Source: Octopus sinensis (Eukaryota). From it: a stretch of DNA of 64,000 nucleotides. Below are positions 40,398 through 53,137 of the stretch, piece after piece. The stretch is from contig NC_043016.1 of assembly GCF_006345805.1 (NCBI RefSeq), forward strand, positions 28,768,001-28,832,000, read 5' to 3'. Below the pieces are notes generated by a model. It worked only from the letters and a program-made list of their open reading frames with translations. It was not told where the DNA came from and did no database searches. How positions within the stretch are numbered: the stretch's first letter is position 1; every line of letters begins with the position of its first letter. The position numbers and the translations under genes were made by a program.

Positions 40398-41040
40398 TAT
40401 TTGTATTGGTTATAGGTGTTTAAAAGTGAAAACTAACTATCCTAAAATATTTAGAGAGCAGTTTCAATTTATATATGTTGGAAAACTGAAAGTAGGCTGG
40501 AGAACAATTCAAAGTAAATGAGTTTACCTCTGTTGAACTGAATTTAACCTAAGGATATTAAGTTAAATGATAGAACTTACCTAAGTATGACAGTTGGCTC
40601 ATAAATTTCTTTGTACTAATGCCAAGAATGATAGAATGGAATATATAGGAAAAATCTAGACTAAGGTATTGATTCCAGGCTAATAATCTAGGAAATGATT
40701 TACTTCATGTGTATAATATTGTATATCAATTTTGTATTTCTGTGATCACTGCTTTGGCAATATCAGTGCCACTTATACTTTACTGATGAAGTTTGATACA
40801 AGAGAAGATGTCTCTCATAATAATGGAATAATCAAAATATAATTAGTCACCAAATAATATCAATTATTCCTTACCAATTAATTATTTATAATTAGTTTTT
40901 GATAAGCTCACCACATTAAGAAAATCCACAAAAGTTAATTGTTTCAGAGCTGAATTATAAAAGATATTTGTTTAAAGAAAATATACAGCAAATAAACAAA
41001 AGAAATGGATGTAAATGAGTAAAATACAAAGAATGCATTT

Positions 41041-41225
41041 AATCATCATCATCTTTAACATGCCTTTTTCCATGCTGGCATTGGTTGGATGGTTTCATGT
41101 GAATTGATGAACCAGATGGCAATGCTGAGCCCCAAAAACTGCTTTGGCAAGGTTTCTACTAGTTGATGCCCTTCCTAATACAACCACTTCATAAAGCATA
41201 CTGGGTGCTTTTTTTTTTATGGCAG
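41041..41225 (-). mobile_element. Degenerate RTE 3' end
   Basis: (CAT)n, ttccatgctggcatt, gatgcccttcctaa. Confidence 0.7.
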
Positions 41226-41366
41226 CAGGACTGATGATGTCATTAAGTACTTGCAAGAGAAGACTCTTCAACTGAGTGGGGCATAGTTTTGGGGGATATA
41301 AAAGTATTACTAAGGGACAGAAGCAAGCATCTTGCTGAAGAGAGAGAGGGGGTGAGAGGGGGAGTA

Positions 41367-41405
<39 letters not shown>

Positions 41406-41793
41406 TGGTCAAGGTACAAGGTGAATATGAGAGAGAGGATAAGGACAGTGCAACAGAAAAGGTCAATGGGTAGGTTAAGTGCATTCAAGTGAAAACAATG
41501 GGGAAAAGAGTCCTAGAGGAATATTCCATATTTTCTCATATTTAAAAAAAACACACAGGAGGAACATAACTGTGAGGAAGCATTATAGAAGAAAATATAA
41601 GAAAATATAAAAGACAGTAAGATAGTAGTGGGTTAGGGAATAAAAAATTGGGGTTGAGTTACAATTAAGATGAAATATTACTTGGCTAAATATGGTTTGC
41701 ATGGTGTATTTCACCACTAATCAATACACAAGGAATATAAATAATTTTAGATGGACTGCAGCTCCAGTTCACTTTGCTGACTAAACTGTTAAC

Positions 41794-42193
41794 AGTCCAG
41801 TCTGCCTGGCTACAAGTAGGTACCACAGTGTGGTATGGTTCACTTTACTCTGTCCATGACCAACACACTTAACTGTCAATAGTCCAGTCTATTTAACTAT
41901 GAGTAGGTACCGCAGTGTGATATAGCATACTGTACTGTGTCAATGACCAACACACTTAACCGTTAACAGTTCAGTCTATCAAACTGTAAGTAGGTACTAC
42001 AGTGTGGTATAGTTCACTGTACTGTGTCCATGACCAACACACTTCACTGTCAACAGTCCAGTCTACCTAGCTGTAAGTTGGTACCACAGTGTGGTATAGC
42101 TCACTGTACTGTGTCCAAGATCAACACATTTAACTGTCAATAGTCCAGTCTACTTAGCTGTAAGTAGGTACCACAGTGTAGTGTAGTTCACTG
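41794..42193. repeat. 87-bp minisatellite, about 4.6 copies
   Basis: Unit starts at 41794, 41881, 41968, 42055 and 42142. Confidence 0.92.
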
Positions 42194-43376
42194 ATATATA
42201 CAGTTGCATTACTTGACTAATGAATTTCAGAGCTGACTTTTGCAAAGGTGTGGAGAACTATCTTGGAGTATATATATCTCCACCCCCTTGTGGATTCAGA
42301 AACCTGCATTGTGTTCATCTTTTTACCTCAGTATCAATAGTCTATGAGTGGCATATTTATGGAAATACTCTAGAAATTCTAATGCCCAGATTTTTTCTTA
42401 AATTCTGTTATGTCATAATTATGAAATATGGACAATTTCAGGACATATTGGTTTAGTGGTGCTAACAGGGAATATTTGTACGTGTCAAGAAGGAAATCTT
42501 CACTTCTTCCATCAACTTGCTAAAAATAGCAATCAAAGCATCCTCAAATGAAACTCTAATATTACAAAAATGAAAAGACACATTGAAAATGTAGTCTTAA
42601 ATACATGACTAATAAGAAATAGTTGTGTTGGTCAAATTTCTGATGTATAAGAGTAATCAATGAATCCTGGCTTGGTACTTGACAATAGCAACTTTTTGTT
42701 CAAAATATGTTATTCACACATAATAATCAAGTTATATATCATATGTAAATGAATGGCTAAAATAACAGAAATGTGCTAACAGGAAGTAGGTGTTGCTGAA
42801 TATATTAAGAGAGAGTAAATTAACAGAAAGTGAAATTACATGTTTAATAAATGAGGTAACAGAAGTAGGTATCAGGGAATTAAGTAAGAGGGAATGAGGT
42901 AACAGGAAGTGAGATCAGAATGAGTTAAGATAGAGGAAGTTAGGATACAGGATGGGGATGTTAGTGAACAAGGTAAAAGTTAGATATTAGGGTGCAAAGT
43001 AACAGAATTGTAGAAATGAGAAAGGTGATTGTAGAAAAAGAAAGAAACATCTTAGCAGTAAAGAATTATGATTAAAAGGACTCTACAAAACTACAGAAAA
43101 TATAAGATTATTTGAAGAAAAATAAAATAGGTGTGTGTTGGTTGACAGAGAGGGATAATAGACTAAAATAAACCAGAAAGCTTACATAAACTCATTAATT
43201 CTAATATATACGTCATTATTATTACATTTTTTACTGCTTGCAATCGCCATAGAACAGGTAGTTTCTTCCACAAATATTGTGTTGTTGCTGTTTAGTTCCA
43301 CATCAGCCTTGACTTCATAGAGCTATAATCAAAGTTGTTCCAGCTTTAGTTTATTGTCAGCCATCTTTTGATTGTG

Positions 43377-43635
43377 GAGGTGCGTAGCTTAGTGGTTAGG
43401 GTGTCAGCATCATGATCGTAAGATTGTGGTTTCGATTCCTGTACTGGGTGATGCGTTGTGTTCTTGAGCAAAACATTTCATTTCATGTTGCTCCAGTCCA
43501 CTCAGCTGGCAAAAATGAGTAATGCTGCGATGGACGGGCGTCCCATCCAGCTGGGGAACACATACGCCATTGAAACCGGGAAACTGGGCCCATGAGCCTG
43601 GTTAGGCTTTAAAAGGGCATATTTATTATTTATTT
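43377..43635 (+). mobile_element. SINE family B
   Basis: Homologous to 48808-49060. Confidence 0.88.
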
Positions 43636-44254
43636 ATTATTTCATCTTTTGATTAAGGAATAATGTATTTAAGACTACATAATTCAATGAGTCCCTCACT
43701 TTATATGACAATAAGGTGTGGTTTAAGGGAAATCATATTACTATTTCAAGCAATTCTGTTAACAACATTAAAAGCTCTCTATTAAAATGTTAATAACGAG
43801 TATTTAATGGGGTGATATGATGAAGGTTTGTTGAACACATGATCAACATGATCTGCTCAAATGAGCACAGTGAACTAAATATTCATCATTTTTACAGTGC
43901 TGTCACTATTAACAGAAAGTTTGACATAACCATCACTCCTGAGTGAACATGACCAGATTGCTTGTACTACACTTTCACTAAATGTTTTAGGTGCTGATGT
44001 TGTCACAAACAGACATGAAATTAAAAAGACTTCGTATGTTAGGGCTGGAGAGAGAAGCTTGGGGCTGTTCAAGCAGTTGGCTGGTACTCATTTTAAGCTG
44101 ACTGCACTGGAGAAATTTGAAACAAATTACCTGTGCCACCTGGTTCCAGAATTGAACCTATGACCTTATGTTTAGGACACCCAACTCTCTAGCCACTAGA
44201 CTACCTGTTTCATCAGAAATTAACAGTGCCCATGATGCATGAAGGACTAGACAG

Positions 44255-44890
44255 TCCTGCATGCACTCATCCAGTGACTGAGCGTTGCAGACTAGTGGGC
44301 TTATGTCGAACACCTGCTGTCATATGTCAACAGAATCCATTATTAAGGTCACCCTTCAGCCTTCCCTTAACCAGGAAGGGCAGGCTGTCTTTATATGATT
44401 GGTGGCCATGGCGAAAGAGGTTGTATGATGGATGGGACTAAAGGGGTTGAAGACAAACACTTTTCTCTTTGGCCAAACCCTGATCAACTTTTTCAAGTTT
44501 CACTTGAAGACAAAAATAAGAGTAGAGAGTGTTGCCTTTTGGTCAGTTTATTGAATGGTGGATCAAAGTGGTGAGAATGGTGCGAGTGACTGAGTCTGCC
44601 CTGAGTATATGCCTGTAGTTGGAGAAAAGGAAAGGAGAAATGGCACCTGCCCCAAAGTGAGTGCACCTATGGTTTTATGAGTTTTTTTTTCATGAGCAGC
44701 CCTTGAACCTCTCCTCCCTATTGAGGATGATACATTGTTGAATTTTTTTTCTCCATTATGTTAATCTTGTTTACACACAAAACCCTCACAACAAGACACA
44801 CTCACACACATATACACACACACATTATATTGTCTTGAATTATCTATAATGTTTTTCTTAATGTAAACCCTTTGTATTCAATAAAGAAAT
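44255..44890 (+). mobile_element. L1/Tx1 3' fragment, same family as 12250-13700
   Basis: Shared gggcttatgtcgaRcacctgctgtc and atggcgaaagaRgt. Ends with aataaagaaat. Confidence 0.75.
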
Positions 44891-45950
44891 CATCATCATT
44901 ATTATCATCATTTTGGTTTGTCTCAGGTTTGGTCTTACTCCTGGTAGGGATTATGTGGATAGCAGGTAACCTTCGGTATACACAAGTTTTCAGCAGTCTT
45001 TCAAGTTCTTAGAACCCTCCTGAAAATCCTTGCTGTTCCTAAGAGACGAGACAAAATTTCTGTAGGAGCTCTACAGGACATTCTATTTCAATCTCCCTCA
45101 GCCATTTGTCTATATTATTATTGTTGTTGTTGTTGTTGTTGTTATTGAGTGAGAGAGCAGTGCATGCCATCAAAGTGACACTGGGGTAAAATATACGAAG
45201 CCCAGTATACCTATCATGACCACCCGTCTTACAAGGGTACACCAGGCACATGCATCACAACCAAATGTGTGCGACATGGTGATCTCATATCAAGATAAAC
45301 AGCACATGACCTTGCAGGTGGGGTCCAGTTAAAATCTTCTTCTGGTTGAGTAGCCCATCCTTCTCAAGAGGTTCCTGAATAAGGATTGTTTAAGGATGTT
45401 GAACGAACCACCCATGTTTCCAAAGGTGAATTATCCAAACTTCCAAGAATTCCTCTCAACACACGGCTATGATGCTCCCCAACTACTTCTGCTCATGATC
45501 AGAGATGCACATATCGTCAGCCATGCTTTTTCCAAGTAATCGCTCAACATTCCAATCAATCGCTCTGGTGCTGCTTGGTTGGCATTTTACAAGGTGTTGA
45601 GTTGTGCAGCTATTTGTGCATGACATTCACCAAATGTTTTGATTCAGTAGCCTTGAACTCCATTTGGTTCTGGGGCCTTCCAGTTGCTAATTATTTTGCT
45701 GATTTCTTTCACTTCCTTAACTGAAATGACTAGTTCTGCCTGTTTTGGACAGACTATTGTTTGTTTCAATTCTTGCAACCATTCAGCATCCTTCTTGTGC
45801 CCCTTGTCTTTGCTCCAGATGTTGCTCCAAAACCTTTGACTTTCAATGTTGTCTGGTATCAACTTTTCATCTGTACATCCTCCATTTATTTCTTCATAGA
45901 ATCTTTTCTGATCTACTCTGAATAACATATTCTGGTGGTAATGTCACTTT
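44890..45950 (-). mobile_element. R4/Dong-like LINE fragments with a SINE-like insert (45137-45533)
   Basis: LFRVDQKRFYEEI..FWSNIW..NWKAPEPNGVQGY (RT N-terminal part) and ELLQK..ARI.RRVL (C-terminus). Flanked by (TAA)/(AAC) tracts. Confidence 0.7.
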
Positions 45951-46011
45951 CAATTTCCATCAATCAACCTTTTTAAGATTGCAAATATTATTATTATTAT
46001 TATCATTATTA

Positions 46012-46066
<55 letters not shown>

Positions 46067-47089
46067 GATGATGATGATGATGATGTCGCTGGAAATGGAG
46101 ATCTCCAGGTCCAAATTCTTGGACGGCTGGTGGTGTTGATGGTGGTGGTGGTTGTGGTGCATCTTGCATTCTTTACGTTAAAAAAAATGGTAAAAAGAAC
46201 ACAATAATATTAACAATAACAATAACAACGGTTTCAAATTTTGGCACAAGGATAGCATCTTCAGGGAATGGGGTAAGTCGATTACATTGACCCCAGTGCT
46301 CAGCTGGCGTCAGTGCATGAATGGTACTTATTTCATCAATCCCAAAGGATGAAAGGCAAAGTTGACCTCAGTGGAATTTTAACTCAGAACATAAAGATGG
46401 CCAAAATGCTGCTAAGCATTTCGTCCAGCATGCTAGTGATTCTGCCAGCTCACTGCCTTAAATAAAATAATAAATGCGCCCTTTTAAAGCCTAGCCAGGC
46501 TCATGGGCCTGGTTTGCCGGTTTCAGTGGCATATGTGTTCCCCAGCTGGATGGGACGCCAGTCCATCGCAGCATTACTCATTTTTGCCAGTGGAATGAAC
46601 TGGAGCTACGTGAAATGAAGTGTTTTGCTCAAGAACACAACGCATCACCCGGTCCAGGAATCAAAACCACAATCTTACGATCATGATGCTGACACCTTAA
46701 CCACTAAGTCACATGCCTCCACACTGCCTTAGATAATAGTAATAATAATAATAATAACAATAATCCTTTCTACTATAGACACAAGGCCTGAATTTGTGGG
46801 GAGGGGTATAGTCTATTGCATCAACCCCAGTGTTTCACTGGTACTTAATTTATTGACCCCGAAAAGGTGAAAGGCAAAGTTGATCTCAGCAGAATTTGTA
46901 GTCAGAATGTAAAGACAAATGAAATGCTACTATTCATTTTGCCCAGTGTGCTAACAATTCTGCCAACTTGGCACCTAAAAATGATGATGACGATGAGGAC
47001 GACGATGATGATTGCAACAACATTTCAGCAAAGGCTGTGACAGAAAATAAGAATTATAGGATTTTCTCCATAAAGACTGACCATATTCT

Positions 47090-47440
47090 TGAAGCATTTT
47101 AAATTGCTAGATATAATTTTGGAGGATAAAGAAACTAACAGTATTAAATCAAATACTTTGCAATATTATGTGATAACAGAATGATACCAAAGGAATTGAA
47201 AAAAATTGAGAAATATCAGTCCCTAGCCACAGAAATGAAGAATTGTAGAAGACTAAGACTGCTTTATTCCTGTGGTAATTGGTGTATTTGGCACAAGAGT
47301 ATAGCCAAAAGGTTGAAGGAACCTGGTATTGAGACTCACATAGTCAACCTACATTAAAGTGCAATTCTATACACTGTGAAAATCCTAAGAAAGATACTTG
47401 AAATTTGAGGACACTTGTTGTCATCAAGCCTCAAGATAAC
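47090..47440 (+). mobile_element. R4/Dong-like restriction-like endonuclease fragment (mirrored at ~48090-48440)
   Basis: DIILEDKE..KIEKYQSLATE..IPVVIG.FG..ILYTVKILRK, frameshifted. Confidence 0.65.
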
Positions 47441-47703
47441 AATGTAGTAAATTAAATTAGCATATAATAACTTTGGAATAATAGTAATATTAACAATCAC
47501 AAGTTGGAATAATATGGTAGGAATAAATGTGAAGACAGAACATCTACAAAAAATAGTGTTGCTAGTAACTTCACAAATTCTCCACAGAGTTCTTGAAATT
47601 TTTATGAAGAATGTTACTGTAGTCTACTGGTTGTGCACAGTTGTTATGTTCAGCAATGAAAGCACTGTATTGAACAAGATAATAATAATGATGATGGTGA
47701 TGG

Positions 47704-47738
<35 letters not shown>

Positions 47739-48807
47739 GTGATGGTGATGATGATGATGATGATGGTGATGGTGATGATGATGATGATGATGATATCATC
47801 ATCATCATCATCACCATCACCATCACCATCATCATCATCACTATCATCATCATCATCATCATCATCATCACCATCACCACCACCATCATCATTATTATTA
47901 TCTTGTTCAATACAGTGCTTTCATTGCTGAACATAACAACTGTGCACAACCAGTAGACTACAGTAGACTATTTTTTGTAGATGTTCTGTCTTCACATTTA
48001 TTCCTACCATATTATTCCAACTTGTGATTGTTAATATTACTATTATTCCAAAGTTATTATATGCTAATTTAATTTACTACATTGTTATCTTGAGGCTTGA
48101 TGACAACAAGTGTCCTCAAATTTCAAGAATCTTTCTTAGGATTTTCACAGTGTATAGAATTGCACTTTAATGTAGGTTGACTATGTGAGTCTCAATACCA
48201 GGTTCCTTCAACCTTTTGGCTATACTCTTGTGCCAAATACACCAATTACCACAGGAATAACTGCAGTCTTAGTCTTCTACAATTTCTTCATTTCTGTGGC
48301 TAGGGACTGATATTTCTCAATTTTTTTCAATTCCTTTGGTATCATTCTGTTATCACATAATATTGCAAAGTATTTGATTTAATACTGTTAGTTTCTTTTA
48401 TCCTCCAAAATTATATCTAGCAATTATAAAATGCTTCAAGAATATGGTCAGTCTTTATGGAGAAAATCCTATAATTCTTATTTTCTGTCACAGCCTTTGC
48501 TGAAATGTTGTTGCAATCATCATCGTCGTCCTCATCGTCATCATCATTTTTAGGTGCCAAGTTGGCAGAATTGTTAGCACACTGGGCAAAATGAATAGTA
48601 GCATTTCATTTGTCTTTACATTCTGACTACAAATTCTGCTGAGATCAACTTTGCCTTTCACCTTTTCGGGGTCAATAAATTAAGTACCAGTGAAACACTG
48701 GGGTTGATGCAATAGACTATACCCCTCCCCACAAATTCAGGCCTTGTGTCTATAGTAGAAAGGATTATTGTTATTATTATTATTATTACTATTATCTAAG
48801 GCAGTGT

Positions 48808-49060
48808 GGAGGCATGTGACTTAGTGGTTAAGGTGTCAGCATCATGATCGTAAGATTGTGGTTTTGATTCCTGGACCGGGTGACGCGTTGTGTTCTTGAG
48901 CAAAACACTTCATTTCACGTAGCTCCAGTTCACTCCACTGGCAAAAATGAGTAATGCTGCGATGGACTGGCGTCCCATCCAGCTGGGGAACACATATGCC
49001 ACTGAAACCGGCAAACCAGGCCCATGAGCCTGGCTAGGCTTTAAAAGGGCGCATTTATTA
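48808..49060 (+). mobile_element. SINE family B (mirrored at ~46470-46722)
   Basis: tRNA-like head and B-family motif. Confidence 0.88.
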
Positions 49061-49835
49061 TTTTATTTAAGGCAGTGAGCTGGCAGAATCACTAGCATGC
49101 TGGACGAAATGCTTAGCAGCATTTTGGCCATCTTTATGTTCTGAGTTCAAATTCCACTGAGGTCAACTTTGCCTTTCATCCTTTCGGGATTGATGAAATA
49201 AGTACCATTCATGCACTGACGCCAGCTGAGCACTGGGGTCAATGTAATCGACTTACCCCATTCCCTGAAGATGCTATCCTTGTGCCAAAATTTGAAACCG
49301 TTGTTATTGTTATTGTTAATATTATTGTTGTTCTTTTTACCATTTTTTTTTAACGTAAAGAATGCAAGATGCAACCACAACCACCACCACCATCAACACC
49401 ACCAGCCGTCCAAGAATTTGGACCTGGAGATCTCCATTTCCAGCGACTTCGAGGGCCACCTCTCAGTGACGTCGGGCGTCAACGAAGAGCCCTCAACTAC
49501 AACAAGATGACCAAAGTTTTTTTTTTCCAAGGTCTGGGGTTTCCCGCCTCTAAGCCCTAGACCATCACCTAATCACCCTTACCCGTCTTGTTGCTTAACA
49601 ACAACAACCACACCACCACCGCCAACAACAACAACAACAACAGCAGCAGCAGCAGTCACAATAGCAACAACCAAACCTATGTTTCCTTGTTCTCTTTGTT
49701 TCGGCCTTTTTCTCTCTCACGAGGATTGGCCTTTTCAGTGATCAACCTCATTATTGTAGATGGGTCACACAATCAGGAAGAAATAGTCACTGCTGTTGCT
49801 GCTGGCAAATTCAAGTTTGCAGTCGTGTGACCAGG

Positions 49836-49947
49836 TGTTTGTGTGAATGTGTGTCTGTGGGTATGAGTATGTTTGTGTGAATGTGTGTCTGTGGGTATGA
49901 GTATGTTTGTGTGAATGTGTGTCTGTGGGTATGAGTATGTTTGTGTG
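49836..49947. repeat. 34-bp tandem repeat, 3 full copies plus a partial
   Basis: tgtttgtgtgaatgtgtgtctgtgggtatgagta x3. Confidence 0.9.
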
Positions 49948-50443
49948 CATGTGTGTGTGTGTGTGTGTATGAGAAATAGATAATGAATGATTAAGTAAAG
50001 GTGAAATATTTAGAGAGCAAGAGAAAAAAGGGGCGCAGTCATGCCCTAGTTTAATATCAGTCTTTCACACAAGTTATTTCCTTTTTGCACCAAACAAAAA
50101 CGATTGTCTGAGTGTGAAAGGGCAGTGATTAGAGCTAAAAAGAACTTAACTCTTCTGTTGAAAAATACTGCCTTTGTCTCAATTCATTTTTAAAATAAAG
50201 AAGAATAATTTAATAAGATAACTTTGTAATTATTAAGCCAGTTTTTGCAACAGGAATTAACTTGAAATTTTGATGGAAAGCTTTGATTTAAATCACTTTA
50301 AAAAACTAGCAACTAGGGGAAAGAAGGTGAGTAGGCTGTGACCAACAGACAGGGAAAGAGAATATAACAGAAAAGACTTCATAACAAAGCAGAATTAATC
50401 AAACTGATTTATGATATCAAGAAATTTAGTTGCCTTGTGTCAC

Positions 50444-51019
50444 ATACATACATACATACATTCATACATACATACATACATACATACATACATGCATGCA
50501 TACATACATACATACATACATACATACATACATACATGCATGCATGTATGCATACATGCATACATACATACATACATACATGCATACATACATACATACA
50601 TACATACATACATACATACATACATACATACATACATACATGCATACATACATACATACATACATACATACATACATACATACATACATACATACATTCA
50701 TACATACATACATACATACAACATACATACATACATACATACATTCATACATACATACATACATACATACATACATACATACATACATACATACATACAT
50801 ACATACATACATACATACATACATACATACATACATACATACATACACACACACATACATACATACATACATACATACATACATACATACATACATACAT
50901 ACATACATACATACATACATACACACACACATACACACACACATACATACATACATACATACATACATACATACATACATACATACATACATTCATACAT
51001 ACATACATACATACATACA

Positions 51020-51048
<29 letters not shown>
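50444..51048. repeat. ~600-bp (TACA)n microsatellite
   Basis: Visible directly. It explains the IHTY/MYVC ORFs. Confidence 0.98.
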
Positions 51049-51050
<2 letters not shown>

Positions 51051-51145
51051 TAGTTATCTAAGCCTGGAAAGCTAGGGTTGTTTTTTGAGCTCATGAAACT
51101 TTAAGTTGTATGGAACTGAATCAAACAGTTATTAAATAAATAACA

Positions 51146-51630
51146 AGTGTGGCTGTGTGGTAAGAAGCTTGCTTCCCAACCACATGGTTTCAGGTTCAGT
51201 CCCACTGCATGGCACCTTAGGTAAGTATCTTCTATTATAGCCTTGTGCTGAACAAAGCCTTGTGAGTAGATTTCTTAGATAGAAACTGAAAGAAGCCCGT
51301 CATATATAGGCTTGAAATGTAAAAGACTTTCTCACTTCCCGAGTATTAAACTAATACATCTGTTTGTTGTTTACACACCTGTCTTTGTCTTTTGTTCTTT
51401 TGTAAATTCTCACTATATGTGTGTGTGTGTGTGTGTGTTTGAGTGTCTGTGTCCCCCTATCACCTCTGACAACTGATGTTGGTGTGTTTACATCCCTGTA
51501 ACTTAGCAGTTCGGCAAAGAGACCAATAGAATAAGTACTAGGCTTAAAAAAAAAGTCCTGGGGTCAATCCTCCAAAGCAGTGCTCCATCATGGCCACAGT
51601 CAAATGACTGAAATAAATGAAAGAATAAAA
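51146..51630 (+). mobile_element. SINE family A with a ~110-bp insert in its TA tract
   Basis: Head and tail match family A. Insert 51308-51415 resembles 34223-34330. Confidence 0.8.
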
Positions 51631-52237
51631 GAAGGAAAGAATTATGTTGAATGCCTCTAATATTTGTCCGTTCACTCTTATATACAAGGTGCAGTGAATA
51701 AATTGTCATCTAAATTATGCAAAAAGGAAACTAACACTGACTTGTCATTTTAACAGATAATTGATTCTTTTGTGATGTCAAGTTGCAAAGAGATGACCTA
51801 TAAAATGCCAAGGAAGACAAGAATTCTTAGAAAGAAAGAGTGGCCTTGGTCTAGGAAATCCACTTATAAGACTATAAAAACAGGTTTGTATTTCACTATA
51901 GAGGAGCTTTCGTGATTATTCTTCTCATATTTTCTGGAATTCTACATGAAACTACAGAACCATCAACAGATGATGTATTTTCCATCTAGTTTTAATATTT
52001 AATGTACTGTTCGTAGTGAGTTGTCATGGCTCCTTGTTGTTACTGTGACATGTGAACTACACACATTTATGCCAGTTTTTCGTGAAGAATGAGATTTGAA
52101 GGTCTTGAAATGTTAGATTAATGGATTTAGGAAAGTTGGTGTTCCAAATTAAACATTAAGAAGAAATTTGAAATAATAAAAAAACGTTAATAACAAAAAA
52201 TCCAAACATGAACATTGTGCTTTTTATATATATCGTG

Positions 52238-52560
52238 TGAGGGTGCGTGGCTTAGTGGTTAGGGCATTCGACTCATGATCGTAAGGTTGTGAGTTCGATT
52301 CCCGGCGACGCGTTGTGTCCTTGAGCAAGACACTTTATTTCACGTTGCTCCAGTCCACTCAGCTGGCAAAAATGAGTTGTACTTGTATTTCAAAGGGTCA
52401 GCCTTGTCACTCTCTGTGTCACACTGATTATCCCCGAGAACTACGTTAAGGGTACACGTGTCTGTGGAATGCTCAGCCATTTGCACGTTAATTTCACAAG
52501 CAAGCTGTTCCGTTGATCGTATCAGCTGGGACCCTCGTCGTCGTAACCGGCGGAGTCTTT
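52238..52560 (+). mobile_element. SINE family D, well preserved
   Basis: tggcttagtggttagg (A box), gagttcgattccc (B box), CORE-like gtgtccttgagcaagacact. Confidence 0.88.
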
Positions 52561-52584
52561 TTTTTTTAATATATATCGTCATAT

Positions 52585-52745
52585 CTGTGGATTTAGCTGC
52601 ATGGTTAAGAAGCTTGCTTTCCAACCACATGGTTCTAGGTTCAGTCCCACTGCGTGGCACCTTGGGCAAGTTTCTTCTGTTATAGCCTCAGGCCAACCAA
52701 TACTTGCATGTGGTTTGGTAGATAGAAACTGAAAGAAGTCCTTTG
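52585..52745 (+). mobile_element. SINE family A 5' half
   Basis: agcttgctttccaaccacatgg..gaaactgaaagaag. Confidence 0.75.
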
Positions 52746-53137
52746 TACATATCATGTGGTGACTGTCTAATTGAGACGCGGTTGTTCTTTCCTCTCTGTG
52801 TATTTCCTTCCTCATCTATCTTTTATTTAGAAGAGAATATGCTCAAAACGATAAAGACTTCTTCCAGTACTTCTGAGCATCAACCAAATACACCTTGTTT
52901 GTTTCTTTGTTTTTTTGTTTACCTTCTCTTCACTTATTTTTGTACTATTTTTCTTTTATTTATTTTTATTTTTGTACTATGTGTGTGAGTATGCAAGAAG
53001 AATTCTGTAAGGACCAATTTCCAAATGTCATTAACCAATGCTAACCTAGGTAGCCAGAAAGAACTGTTTTACTATGGCAGAAAATTCAACATTCCCTGGA
53101 ACAATTTCCTGCAATGCCTTTTCTTCTTTTGTAATTA

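Larger units (their letters stand above)
46085..49447. repeat. Spacerless inverted duplication, arms ~1.7 kb
   Basis: 46085-47794 is the reverse complement of 47795-49447, centred on gat|atc. Each arm holds two SINE C copies, one SINE B and R4 endonuclease fragments. Confidence 0.95.

Noticed and set aside
41794-42193. CRISPR-like array
   Set aside because: Whole units are similar with no unique spacers, there are no cas genes, and the context is eukaryotic.
49460-49520. ETS-like LNYNKMTK peptide
   Set aside because: The resemblance is too short and the conserved Trp and Arg residues are absent.
50409-51075. Long IHTY/MYVC ORFs (also at 22.8, 36.5-37.6, 39.6-40.1, 53.9 and 58.8-60.2 kb)
   Set aside because: They are translations of microsatellites.
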